NCBI GenBank assembly: GCA_937968015.1
Contig: CALBSO010000015.1
Span: forward strand, 14,201 to 78,200
Source: an uncultured Thermomicrobia bacterium
GTDB taxonomy: Bacteria; Chloroflexota; Chloroflexia; Thermomicrobiales; JALYUS01
Direction: 5' to 3'
DNA length: 64,000 nt
Positions 45,801 through 55,131 of this stretch are shown here, one piece after another. The translations under genes and the position numbers were made by a program. Positions within the stretch are counted from its first letter, which is position 1, and each line of letters opens with the position of its first letter. The notes under the pieces were generated by a model. That model did no database searches and had not been told where the DNA came from. It saw nothing but the letters and a program-made list of their open reading frames with translations.

Positions 45801-47465
45801 ATGGCTCAACCGTTTGCGTCGTGGCTCGATGACTTCTTCGCCTCTTACTACCGTTTTCGCCCGGTCAACGCGACGTTCATCGGTATCCATGATTTCGATT
45901 ATGCACTGCCGGATTTCTCCGCCCGGAGCGTAGACATGGTGCGCGCGGAGATGGCCTCGCTGCTCGCCCGTTTGCCGGAGACGCTGCCCGCGACGACCGA
46001 CGCGGAAGCGATTGACCGGAGGCTGGCGGAACACTACCTCCAGATCCAGCAGTGGGAGTTCGATTCGCACCATTTTCAGGCCGGCAACCCGAGCCTGTAT
46101 ACCGGCGAGGCGATCTTCGGCCTCTTTTCGCTCTTTTTGTTCCCTGCCACGCCGCTCGATCAGCGCGTCGAGGCGGCAATTGCACGAATGGCGGCGATCC
46201 CGGCGCTGCTGGCCCAGGGTGAGGAAAATCTCCGTGCCGCGCCGCCTGCATGGACGCTTCGCGCGATCCGGGAGTGCGAGGGCGCGCGCCACTTCTTCCG
46301 TCGCGGCCTCGATCTGCTCATCGCGGCGGAGGGCATCACCGATCCCCGCTTCCGCGCGGCGGCGGAGACGGCGCGGGATGCGTTCGCGGCCTATCAGCAC
46401 TGGCTCCGGCATGATCTCCTCACCCACCCGACCAACGGGTACGCGTGCGGCGGGGAAGCCTTCGACCGCTATCTGCGGATTGGCCACGAACTGGCGATGG
46501 ATGGCATGGCGGTTGATGCCTATGCGCGCGAGCAATTCGCGGCGTCACAGAGCGCGTTGGTAGCGGGCGCGGCACAATTCGGCGCGCGGGATTGGCAGGC
46601 TGCACTCGCGGGCCTGACTGAGATGCATCCAACCAGCGAGGCATATTACGGGCGGTTTCAGGAAGTCTGGGATGCCTGCCGCGCCACTGCCGAGACACAT
46701 GACCTTATCACCTGGCCCGACTTCCCGATCCACTTCGTCCCGCGGCCCGCGTGGGCGCGCGCATGCGCGCCGTACCTCTACTTTCTTTCGTATTACAGCC
46801 CCGCGCCGTATGACCACCGGCCCATGCATCGCTACCTCGTCCCGCCGATTGAGCCGTCGCTGCCGCCCGACGAACAGGTACGGCAGTTGCGCGCGATCAA
46901 CGAGAGCGTCATCAAACTCAACCACGTCATTCATCACGGCAGCATCGGGCACCACATCCAGAACTGGCACGCGCCCCACGCGGCATCGCGGATCGGGCAA
47001 ATGGCGGGTACCGACACAGCGGCGCGGATCGCGATGTTCTGCGCGGGGACGATGATCGAGGGGTGGGCATCCTACGTCGTTGATCTGATGGGCGAAGTCG
47101 GCTTCCTCACACCCCTCGAACGGTATTCCCAGCACTACGCCCGCCTTCGTGCCAGCGCCCGCGCCATCGTGGATGTCAACCTGCATCACGGACGCCTCTC
47201 GTTTGACGATGCCGTCGCCCTCTACCGCGATGACGTCGGGATGAGTATGGAAGCCGCGACGGGCGAGGCGGTCAAGAACTCGATGTTCCCCGGCGCGGCG
47301 ATGATGTATCTGATCGGGCAGGAGATGATCCACGATTTACGCCGGGAATTGGCATCGCGCGCGGGGGCGGCATTCAGCCTCCGCCGCTTCCATGACCGCT
47401 TCCTCTCGCACGGGGCGATCCCAGTCTCCCTGATCGCCCAGGCCATGCGCGCCGAAGCGCAATAG
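45801..47465 (+). CDS. DUF885-family protein
   Basis: GGTGAGGA SD before ATG 45801. FFASYYRFRPVNATFIGIHDFD N-terminus and the HHGSIGHHIQ motif region. Confidence 0.8.
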   Translation: MAQPFASWLDDFFASYYRFRPVNATFIGIHDFDYALPDFSARSVDMVRAEMASLLARLPETLPATTDAEAIDRRLAEHYLQIQQWEFDSHHFQAGNPSLYTGEAIFGLFSLFLFPATPLDQRVEAAIARMAAIPALLAQGEENLRAAPPAWTLRAIRECEGARHFFRRGLDLLIAAEGITDPRFRAAAETARDAFAAYQHWLRHDLLTHPTNGYACGGEAFDRYLRIGHELAMDGMAVDAYAREQFAASQSALVAGAAQFGARDWQAALAGLTEMHPTSEAYYGRFQEVWDACRATAETHDLITWPDFPIHFVPRPAWARACAPYLYFLSYYSPAPYDHRPMHRYLVPPIEPSLPPDEQVRQLRAINESVIKLNHVIHHGSIGHHIQNWHAPHAASRIGQMAGTDTAARIAMFCAGTMIEGWASYVVDLMGEVGFLTPLERYSQHYARLRASARAIVDVNLHHGRLSFDDAVALYRDDVGMSMEAATGEAVKNSMFPGAAMMYLIGQEMIHDLRRELASRAGAAFSLRRFHDRFLSHGAIPVSLIAQAMRAEAQ

Positions 47466-47679
47466 TGCTCGTGACGCGCCTCGCTCAAACGCCGGTTTGC
47501 AGTCTCGCGGGCAGCGCCTTCCTCACATAGTACCCATACCGCTCGACACCCTTATACAACTCGTATGCCTCAACGGGCGATCCTTACACGGTCTTAATAC
47601 CCGGCGTCCTATCCTTGCGGAAGTGAGCCGCACGTACGCGACCATGCCCTGGTTACGGCATGGGAGAGGAAGGATCGTT

Positions 47680-48102
47680 ATGCAGGTTGCCATGGATGTG
47701 CCGATATCCGGTGCCGGTGCGTCACGGGAGCGGGCCGTGCTCCTCGTCGAGGATGAGACGCCGCTGCGCACGATTATCGCGCGCAACCTCGCACGGCGCG
47801 GCCATCGCCTGATCGTGGTGGATTCGGTGGGCGATGCCATCGTGGAGATGACAACGCGGCTGCCGGACGTTGTGCTGCTCGATGTCAACCTGCCGGACGG
47901 CACGGGCTGGGAAGTGCTGCGCTGGCTGCGGGCGGTCCATCATCACGTCGCGGTGATCGTCTATTCGGCGGTACCGCCCTCCACGAAACGGATCGCGGAA
48001 TTCCGGCCCGATGCCGTCCTCACCAAACCGTTCCCGATGGATTCGTTGATCGAACTGATCGCGACGGTCGGCCTCCCCGATGCCGCCGCTGAACAGGAGT
48101 GA
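47680..48102 (+). CDS. Single-domain response regulator (CheY-like receiver)
   Basis: VLLVEDE, VVLLDVNLPDGTG, VIVYSA and LTKPF together form the full canonical acid pocket plus T/S and K. Confidence 0.88.
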   Translation: MQVAMDVPISGAGASRERAVLLVEDETPLRTIIARNLARRGHRLIVVDSVGDAIVEMTTRLPDVVLLDVNLPDGTGWEVLRWLRAVHHHVAVIVYSAVPPSTKRIAEFRPDAVLTKPFPMDSLIELIATVGLPDAAAEQE

Positions 48103-48108
48103 GGATAG

Positions 48109-48666
48109 ATGCATCTCTTCATCCCCTATTGCGATGCGATAAGCGGCGAGAATGCCCTCCACGAAGCGCGCCGGGTCGCACGACCCGGCGATCATGTCAC
48201 CGTGATGGTTCCCGTGATCGTCCCTGCGGGTCTCCCGGTGGATGTGGGCGCGGGTGCGATCTGGAAGCAAGCCTGCCAGGCCGAACGGCGCCTGTTTCAC
48301 GCGCGGGTAGCGGCGGAGCGCATCCTGCCCTGTATCGCCCTGCGTTTCGTGCGCGTGCAGGCACGGAATCGTGCGGCGGCGATCCGCGTTGGGGCGACGC
48401 AGTACGAAGCAGACGTCATCTTGCTTGGTTCGCCACCGGGGCTGCGGGGCGCACTCGTGGCGCGCTTCGGCACGACGCGTGCGCTGGCGCGGAATGCACC
48501 CTGTCCCGTGCGAATCATTGGCTCCGTGCCGATCACAGACCATGCGGCTCCGCATCGCGCACCTGAGCCGGTTTGGCAACCGGTCGAATCGCTTACCTCG
48601 CTTCGAGTGATCGCCACGAACCCTGAGATAATGCCGCCATCGCGCGGTGGAACATATCGCGTTTGA
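48109..48666 (+). CDS. Universal stress protein (UspA)-like
   Basis: Begins 6 nt after the RR stop. ...ADVILLGSPPGLRGALVARFGTTRALARNAPCPVRII is a USP-like C-terminal motif. Confidence 0.6.
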   Translation: MHLFIPYCDAISGENALHEARRVARPGDHVTVMVPVIVPAGLPVDVGAGAIWKQACQAERRLFHARVAAERILPCIALRFVRVQARNRAAAIRVGATQYEADVILLGSPPGLRGALVARFGTTRALARNAPCPVRIIGSVPITDHAAPHRAPEPVWQPVESLTSLRVIATNPEIMPPSRGGTYRV

Positions 48667-48735
48667 ACGGCGCGCCTCATGCCGCCCGTCTTTATGCCTT
48701 CTTAACGCCCCGCGTGCTAGTGTGGCCGTGAGGAT

Positions 48736-50922
48736 GTGTGCGACGATACCGACAGCACCAATGCGGAGGCGTCATTTTCCCCTATGGCAGCGGACAAACC
48801 GGAAGCGGCGTCGAAGGATGATCTATCGAACAAGCAAGCGGTAAACGGGGCGCGCGATCCGGTTGACGTGCTCGCCGACATCGAACGTGGCCCGCGCGAC
48901 GGCGCGCGCCCCCTCATCGGGCGGCGCACCGCAATGCCCGAGATTGACTGGCGGGAAGAGCGCCGGGGCGCCCTGCCCGGTAACCGGTACGTCCGCGTGC
49001 TTCGCTCGGCGGACCGGGGGTTCACGGCGCTCGGCCCGTCCACACTGCGCGCGGGCGAGAGCGCCCACGCCCCCCGCACGGGTGCCGGGCGCGTGATGAC
49101 CCGCGTCAAGCGCGCCCTGATCGGCCGCCCGATTGCCAGCGAGCATGCCATCCATGAGCGATTGACGAAGGTCAAGGCGCTCGCCGTCCTTTCCTCCGAC
49201 GCGCTCTCGTCGGTCGCCTATGCCACCGAACAAACGCTGGGTATCCTGGTGCTCGCCGGTGCGGCGGCGTTCGGCTACGTCCTGCCGATCTCCGTCGCGA
49301 TCGTTGTTCTGCTCGCGATTGTCGCGATCTCCTACCGCCAGACAATCTACGCGTACCCGAATGGTGGCGGCTCGTACATCGTTGCCAAGGATAATCTCGG
49401 CACGCTGGCCGGCCTCGTCGCGGCAGGGTCGCTGCTGATTGACTACGTCCTCACCGTCTCGGTCAGCGTCTCAGCGGGCGTGCTCGCGGTCGTCTCCGCG
49501 TTCCCCTCAACCGCCAAGTATACAGTCTCGATGGGTGTCCTTTTCATTCTCCTCATCATGCTCGGCAACCTGCGCGGCGTGCGGGAGAGCGGCACGATCT
49601 TCGCCATCCCGACCTACATCTTTGTCGTCGGCACGCTGGCGCTGATCGCCGTCGGGCTGCTGCGCGTCTTCACGGGCGACCCTGCGGCGACCTCGACCCC
49701 GCGCGACGCGATCCAATCAACGGAGGGGATCGGTATTTTCCTCATCCTGCGCGCCTTTACTTCCGGCTGTACCGCGCTGACCGGCGTGGAGGCGATCTCG
49801 AATGGCATCCCCGCCTTCAGGAAGCCGGAATCGAAGAACGCCGCGACGACGCTCATCGTCATGGTCACGCTGCTGGGCACGATGTTCATGGGCATCTCCT
49901 TCCTCGCGCACCGCTACGGCATCACCCCGCGCGACAACGACTCGGTCATCTCGCAGATCGCGGAGCATGTCTTCGGCGGTCGGAACGCGGCATACTTCGT
50001 TATCCAGCTCGCCACGACCTTGATCTTAGTGCTCGCAGCGAACACGAGCTACGCGGATTTTCCCCGCCTCGGCTCGATCCTCGCGCGGGACGGCTTTCTG
50101 CCGAAGCAGTTCCAATTTCGGGGCGACCGCCTCGCCTTCACGACGGGGATCGTCGTCCTCACCGTTCTGTCCAGCTTGTTGTATGTCGTCTTCGGCGGCC
50201 AGACGGACCGGCTGATCCCGCTCTATGCGGTCGGCGTCTTCGTCTCGTTCACGCTCTCGCAGGCGGGGATGGTGCGTCACTGGATGCGCGAGCCGGGCAA
50301 CCACACCCGCAATATGCTTATCAACGGGATCGGCGCGGTCGCAACGGGGATCGTGGCGATCCTGTTCGCCTACACGAAGTTTCTCTACGGGGCATGGCTG
50401 GTCATCATCATCATCCCGATCATCGTGCTCCTTTGCCTGGGCATCGCGCGCCACTATCGCCAGGCGACCGAGCGGGTGCGCCTGACGGACGACGACCCGC
50501 CGCTTGCGCCGCGGACGGTTGAACAAGTGATCGTCGTGCCGGTATCAGACATCAACAAGGTGACGCTCAACGCGCTCTCCTACGCCCGCTCCCTCTCCAC
50601 GCAGGTCGTCGCGGTCCATGTGACGGACGACGCGACGGCGGCGACGCCCCTGCAGGAGAAGTGGGAGCGCTGGGGCGAGGGTGTCAATCTCGTCATCCTC
50701 GAATCGCCGTATCGCTCACTCACCGGGCCACTCCTCTCGTACATTGATCTCGTCCAGCGCAAGCGACCAAAGGCGATGGTGACGGTGCTCGTGCCGGAAT
50801 ACGTGCCGCAGCACTGGTGGGAACAGATCCTCCACTCACAGACGGCACTACGCCTCAAGGCATCCCTCCTCTTCCGCCCGAACACCGTCGTCACCAGTGT
50901 GCCGTATCACAGCAAGGAGTAG
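48736..50922 (+). CDS. kimA: KimA-family K+/H+ symporter (APC superfamily), paralog 1
   Basis: Collinear with B. subtilis KimA as I recall it. Matching blocks: LTKVKALAVLSSDALSSVAYATEQ, SYRQTIYAYPNGGGSYIV, FTSGCTALTGVEAISNGIPAF, GGQTDRLIPLYAVGVF, and C-terminal LVPEYVPQHWWEQILHSQTALRLK...VPYHSKE. Start uncertain (GTG 48736 or ATG 48784). Confidence 0.85.
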   Translation: MCDDTDSTNAEASFSPMAADKPEAASKDDLSNKQAVNGARDPVDVLADIERGPRDGARPLIGRRTAMPEIDWREERRGALPGNRYVRVLRSADRGFTALGPSTLRAGESAHAPRTGAGRVMTRVKRALIGRPIASEHAIHERLTKVKALAVLSSDALSSVAYATEQTLGILVLAGAAAFGYVLPISVAIVVLLAIVAISYRQTIYAYPNGGGSYIVAKDNLGTLAGLVAAGSLLIDYVLTVSVSVSAGVLAVVSAFPSTAKYTVSMGVLFILLIMLGNLRGVRESGTIFAIPTYIFVVGTLALIAVGLLRVFTGDPAATSTPRDAIQSTEGIGIFLILRAFTSGCTALTGVEAISNGIPAFRKPESKNAATTLIVMVTLLGTMFMGISFLAHRYGITPRDNDSVISQIAEHVFGGRNAAYFVIQLATTLILVLAANTSYADFPRLGSILARDGFLPKQFQFRGDRLAFTTGIVVLTVLSSLLYVVFGGQTDRLIPLYAVGVFVSFTLSQAGMVRHWMREPGNHTRNMLINGIGAVATGIVAILFAYTKFLYGAWLVIIIIPIIVLLCLGIARHYRQATERVRLTDDDPPLAPRTVEQVIVVPVSDINKVTLNALSYARSLSTQVVAVHVTDDATAATPLQEKWERWGEGVNLVILESPYRSLTGPLLSYIDLVQRKRPKAMVTVLVPEYVPQHWWEQILHSQTALRLKASLLFRPNTVVTSVPYHSKE

Positions 50923-50992
50923 TTCGAGGTTCGGGGTTCGAGGGAGGTCAATCTACTCCGAACCTCGAACCCTGTACCCCGAAGCTCGAACT
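50921..50992. repeat. Imperfect palindrome built from GGTTCGA-type heptamers
   Basis: AGTTCGAGGTTCGGGG (50921-50936) pairs with CCCCGAAGCTCGAACT (50977-50992) with 1 mismatch. Inner TTCGAGG pairs with CCTCGAA. Overlaps the kimA-1 stop. Confidence 0.7.
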
Positions 50993-51021
50993 CCATCCAC
51001 TTTGCAAGCGGAGTATACTAT

Positions 51022-51078
51022 CCGTACGGTCACAGGGAGAGAAGCCACTTCGAAAGCGGCATCCCTGTGACGGTACGG
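51022..51078 (+). promoter_or_regulatory. 5' leader hairpin (17-bp stem, 1 mismatch) overlapping the kimA-2 SD
   Basis: CCGTACGGTCACAGGGA ... TCCCTGTGACGGTACGG. The stem's 3' end overlaps GGAGGA (51077-51082), 10 nt before ATG 51093. Confidence 0.6.
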
Positions 51079-51092
51079 AGGATTACATCCGC

Positions 51093-53210
51093 ATGCCTGC
51101 GAATCTGCCGGGCGAACCGTCGGACCCAATTGCGCCCGTCGCGCCGGAAATGGCGATTGGCGATCCCGCGCCCCCGCCCGAGTTTTATGCCGAACTGAAT
51201 GGCGAGACGACGCGGGCAGTCCGCCGCGCCACCGCGCCCCAGATAGACTTTCGGGAGGTGCGACATGGCACACTGCCCGGTAATAAATACGTCCGCATCC
51301 TGCGCGCGCAGGATCAAGTTCTCAAGCAGGTCTCGCCGGATTACCTCGTCGCGAGCGAGCAATTGACGAAGCCGCGCAGCGCCTTCGGCAAGGTGCGCCG
51401 CGCCCTCGTCGGTCGCCCGATTGCCAGCGAGCACGCGATCCACGAGCGGCTGACGAAGGTCAAGGCGCTCGCCATCTTCTCGTCGGACGCGCTCTCGTCC
51501 GTCGCGTATGCGACGGAGGCGATCCTCGGCGTGCTCATCCTCGCCGGTGGCGCGGCCTTCGGCTATACGATCCCTATTTCCATCGCCATCGCCGTGCTGC
51601 TCGCGATTGTCGGCATCTCCTACCGGCAAACGATCCACGCCTACCCGAACGGCGCGAGCGCGTACCTTGTTGCGAAGGCGAACCTCGGCACTCTGCCGAG
51701 CCTGACAGCGGGAGCGTCGCTCCTGATTGATTACACCCTGACCGTCGCCGTCAGCGTCTCGGCGGGTGTGGCGGCGATCACCTCCGCGCTGCCGTCGCTC
51801 AGTCCGTGGCGCGTCGAAATCTGTGTGGCGTTCGTCGGCCTCATTATCCTCGGCAACCTGCGTGGTATCCGGGAGAGCGGCTCGATCTTCGCGGTACCGA
51901 CCTACCTCTTCATTCTCAGCATCGCGGTGCTCGTCTTCCTCGGCGTCTTCCGCTCCCTGACGGGCGGCGATGTCGCGTTCAACACCCCGCGCGAGACGGT
52001 CAACGCGGTAGAGGGCGTCTCGCTTTTCCTGATCCTCAAAGCGTTCACGGCAGGCTGTACCGCCCTGACGGGCGTCGAGGCAATCTCGGACGGCGTGCCC
52101 GCCTTTAAGCCGCCGGAAGCGAAGAATGCCGCAACGACGCTCGTCTGGATGTGCTCGATCCTCGGGGCGATGTTCATTGGCCTCTCCTTCCTCGCACACC
52201 GCTACGGCATCGTCCCGAATGACAAAGAGACCGTTATCTCGCAGATCGCCCGGACGGTGATTGGGCACAATTTCTTCTACTATTTCATCCAGGCGATGAC
52301 CGCACTCATCCTCGTCCTCGCCGCCAACACGAGTTTCGCGGACTTCCCCCGCCTCTCGACATGGCTGGCGAAGGACCATTTCATGCCCAAGCAGTTCCTT
52401 TTCCGGGGCGACCGGCTCGCCTTCAACACCGGCATCACCGTGCTTGGCGTCCTCGCGACGATTCTGCTCGTCGCCTTCGGCGGGCAGACGGACCGGCTGC
52501 TGCCGCTCTACGCGGTCGGCGTCTTCACGGCGTTCACGCTCTCGCAATCCGGCATGGTGCTGCACTGGTACAAGGAGCGCGGCCGGGGCTGGACGCGCCG
52601 CTTCGCGCTCAACCTCGTCGGCGCGACGGCGACCTTCTTCGTCCTCGTCCTCGTCATCCTGACGAAATTCCAGGGTGGCGCGTGGATCGTCCTCGTCCTC
52701 ATGCCACTGTTGATCCTCCTCTTCCGGGGGATCAACCGGCACTACGTCCGCGCGGCGGCGGAACTGGCGCTCGGAGACGACGATGCACCCAGTTCGTACC
52801 AGAAAGCGGAGCAGGTCGTCATCATCCCGATCGCGGACATGAATAAGTCCACCGTCTACGCCCTGAACTACGCGCGCACCCTCTCGCCGAAGATCGTCGG
52901 CGTCCATGTGACGGACGATGCAGAGGAGGCGGCGCACTTGCAGGAGAAGTGGGCGCGCTGGGGCGAGGGCGTCAATCTCGTCATCTTAGAGTCGCCCTAT
53001 CGCTCGCTGATGGCGCCGCTCCTCTCGTACATTGATATGGTGCAGAAGAAACGCCCGAACGCGATGATCACTGTCCTCGTGCCGGAATACATCCCCGCCC
53101 ACTGGTGGGAACAGATTCTCCATTCGCAAACCGCCTTGCGCATGAAGGCCGCCCTTCTCCTCCGCCCCAACACCGTCGTCACCAGCGTGCCGTATCACAG
53201 CAAGAATTGA
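51093..53210 (+). CDS. kimA: KimA-family K+/H+ symporter, paralog 2
   Basis: Same conserved blocks as paralog 1 along its whole length, including the N-terminal LPGNKYVRILR extension and C-terminal LVPEYIPAHWWEQILHSQTALRMK...VPYHSKN. Confidence 0.87.
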   Translation: MPANLPGEPSDPIAPVAPEMAIGDPAPPPEFYAELNGETTRAVRRATAPQIDFREVRHGTLPGNKYVRILRAQDQVLKQVSPDYLVASEQLTKPRSAFGKVRRALVGRPIASEHAIHERLTKVKALAIFSSDALSSVAYATEAILGVLILAGGAAFGYTIPISIAIAVLLAIVGISYRQTIHAYPNGASAYLVAKANLGTLPSLTAGASLLIDYTLTVAVSVSAGVAAITSALPSLSPWRVEICVAFVGLIILGNLRGIRESGSIFAVPTYLFILSIAVLVFLGVFRSLTGGDVAFNTPRETVNAVEGVSLFLILKAFTAGCTALTGVEAISDGVPAFKPPEAKNAATTLVWMCSILGAMFIGLSFLAHRYGIVPNDKETVISQIARTVIGHNFFYYFIQAMTALILVLAANTSFADFPRLSTWLAKDHFMPKQFLFRGDRLAFNTGITVLGVLATILLVAFGGQTDRLLPLYAVGVFTAFTLSQSGMVLHWYKERGRGWTRRFALNLVGATATFFVLVLVILTKFQGGAWIVLVLMPLLILLFRGINRHYVRAAAELALGDDDAPSSYQKAEQVVIIPIADMNKSTVYALNYARTLSPKIVGVHVTDDAEEAAHLQEKWARWGEGVNLVILESPYRSLMAPLLSYIDMVQKKRPNAMITVLVPEYIPAHWWEQILHSQTALRMKAALLLRPNTVVTSVPYHSKN

Positions 53211-53233
53211 GAAGGAACGAGGAACGAGGGTAG

Positions 53234-53258
53234 GGGCGGTTCGAGCACCGCCCTTTTT
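53234..53258 (+). terminator. Rho-independent terminator
   Basis: GGGCGGT tcgagc ACCGCCC followed by TTTTT, 24 nt after the kimA-2 stop. Preceded by AGGAACG x2 heptamers (53213-53226). Confidence 0.75.
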
Positions 53259-53466
53259 GCCGTACCGCGCCCTGCTGCATACGGTATGATTATCGCGTCG
53301 TCGTTTTTCTCGCACGGATGACCGGCCGACCGCGCTGGATAGCACGATGCGCGCATGCCATCGCCTTCCGGCGGCGAACCGACCGCAACAGTAGCGTGGA
53401 AGTAGCCGTATATGATAGAAAGTGTCTGGTGTTTCGCGCGACGAATACGAAGAAGGGGGGACGGCG

Positions 53467-53631
53467 ATGTCCTATGTCGTTGAGGTGATTGACCCGCCGG
53501 ATAATGCGCTCGCCCGCCCCATGAAATTCAAACTTGGCCCCTTCGCCACACGGCCCGAGGCGGAAAAAATGGCGAAGCGCGCGCAAGAGACGAACAGCCG
53601 CGCGACAACCCGGATCGTGGAGTGCGATTGA
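53467..53631 (+). CDS. Small hypothetical protein (54 aa)
   Basis: AGGGGGG SD before ATG 53467. MSYVVEVIDPPDNALARPMKFKLGPFATRPEAEKMAKRAQE.... No known domain. Confidence 0.4.
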   Translation: MSYVVEVIDPPDNALARPMKFKLGPFATRPEAEKMAKRAQETNSRATTRIVECD

Positions 53632-53641
53632 CCGCTGTCTA

Positions 53642-54105
53642 CTACCCTCGCAAGACGTAGCCGAGCGCGGTATCCATCCGGTTGCACCACTGGCGGAGAT
53701 CGGTGACGAGCGCCTCGCGGTAGGCGGCGATTACCTCGGCGCGGCCATGATGCGCGCTGCGGATTCTCCTGGATCGCCGCGTAGTAATCCGCCGTATCGC
53801 GCACCTTCGGCGCGGAGACTGCTTAGTCGTACCCGTCCACGACCTCTTCCCAGACCGAGCGGATCGCCTCCGGCCCTCTGAGTTTGGCGAGTACGCGCGT
53901 CCGCGCGTCATGGATCGGCAGCGGCAGGTTGCGGTCCTCGGCAAGGTGCAAGGTGGCCGACGACTTCCGCCGCCTGGATCATCCGGTACGCCTGCGAGCG
54001 GCTGATGCTCCAGCGCTTCGCGCAATACTGCTCGAAGGTGGCGTCGCCATCGTCCAGATACAAACTGCGCTTCCTGCCCATTTTTCCGGGTACCCCGTCC
54101 CCCAT
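53642..54105 (-). pseudogene. Decayed HTH gene (phage/plasmid-type N-terminal domain): frameshifts plus an in-frame stop
   Basis: GRKRSLYLDDGDATFEQYCAKRWSISRSQAYRMIQAAEVVGHLA then loses frame at a 7-bp tandem duplication (CAAGGTG x2, 53942-53955). Restoring it reads ...EDRNLPLPIHDARTRVLAKLRGPEAIRSVWEEVVDGYD*. Further pieces continue in two other frames. Confidence 0.55.
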
Positions 54106-54190
54106 TCGGCTGATACGCTCCATATCAGCCCGGCGCATACTGGCGGCAACCAGGGAACGGGGGTTCCCCACGATACAGGAGGTTTTTCCA

Positions 54191-55126
54191 ATGGCATCAG
54201 TTGCTTCCGAGACACCCAGCGTCCTGCTCGATCTCTCCAACAATCTCGCGGACGCCGTGGAGCGCGCTGGGTCATCCACCGTCGCCGTCCACGCGCGGCA
54301 GCGGCACCCGGCGAGCGGCGTCCTCTGGCGACCGGGCGTGATCGTTGCGACCGATCACACCGTGGAGCGCGACGACGACATCACGGTGACATTGCCGGAT
54401 GGCAAGAGCGTTTCCGCGACGCTCGCCGGGCGCGATCCGAGCACGGATATCGCGATCCTCAAAGTGGACAGCGTGCATCTGCCCGTCGCGGCGGTTGGTG
54501 ATGCGGCGGCGCTCAAAGTCGGGCACATGGCGCTCGTGGTCGGGCGGTTCGGCGAAGGCGGCCTCGGCACGAGCCTCGGCGTCGTCAGCGCGCTCGGCGG
54601 GCCGTGGAATACATGGCGCGGCGGGCAGGTGGATCAGTTCATCCGCGCGGATGTCACGCTCTACCCCGGCTTCTCGGGTGGCCCACTCGTCAATGCGGCG
54701 GGAGAGATCGTCGGCATCAACACCTCCGGCCTGTCGCGCAATATGGGCCTGACGATCCCCGCCGCGACGGTGAATCGCGTCGTGGATCAGTTGCTTTCCA
54801 AGGGGCATATCGCGCGCGGCTACCTTGGCGTCGGCTTGCAACCCGTCCGTCTGCCCGATAGTCTCAAGCAGGCGGTCGGTGTTTCGAACGAGACGGGCGT
54901 GATCGTTATTTCGATTGAGAGCGGTGGTCCGGCGGAGAAGGCGGGGCTGTTCATCGGTGACATCCTCATCACACTCGACGGCATGGCAACGACGGACACG
55001 GACGCCGTGCAGGCGCTCCTCGGGCCGGAACGGATCGGCGCCGCGCTTGCCGCGAAGGTCGCGCGCGGGGGTGCGCCGGTGGATGTCGCGATCACGGTGG
55101 GCGAGCGCCCGCAGCGGGAGGGCTAA
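54191..55126 (+). CDS. S1C (HtrA/DegP-like) serine protease with PDZ domain, no signal peptide
   Basis: ACAGGAGG SD. Triad contexts are ATDHTV, STDIAILKV and GFSGGPLV. C-terminal PDZ-like GVIVISIESGGPAEKAGLFIGDILITLDG. Confidence 0.88.
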   Translation: MASVASETPSVLLDLSNNLADAVERAGSSTVAVHARQRHPASGVLWRPGVIVATDHTVERDDDITVTLPDGKSVSATLAGRDPSTDIAILKVDSVHLPVAAVGDAAALKVGHMALVVGRFGEGGLGTSLGVVSALGGPWNTWRGGQVDQFIRADVTLYPGFSGGPLVNAAGEIVGINTSGLSRNMGLTIPAATVNRVVDQLLSKGHIARGYLGVGLQPVRLPDSLKQAVGVSNETGVIVISIESGGPAEKAGLFIGDILITLDGMATTDTDAVQALLGPERIGAALAAKVARGGAPVDVAITVGERPQREG

Positions 55127-55131
55127 ATTCC

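Noticed and set aside
48667-48735. Expected a c-di-AMP (ydaO-class) riboswitch upstream of kimA, by analogy with B. subtilis.
   Set aside because: The intergenic space is too short for a ~130-nt aptamer, and I could not recognise the pseudo-two-fold-symmetric motifs here or at 50923-51092. I report this as an absence to be verified by cmsearch.
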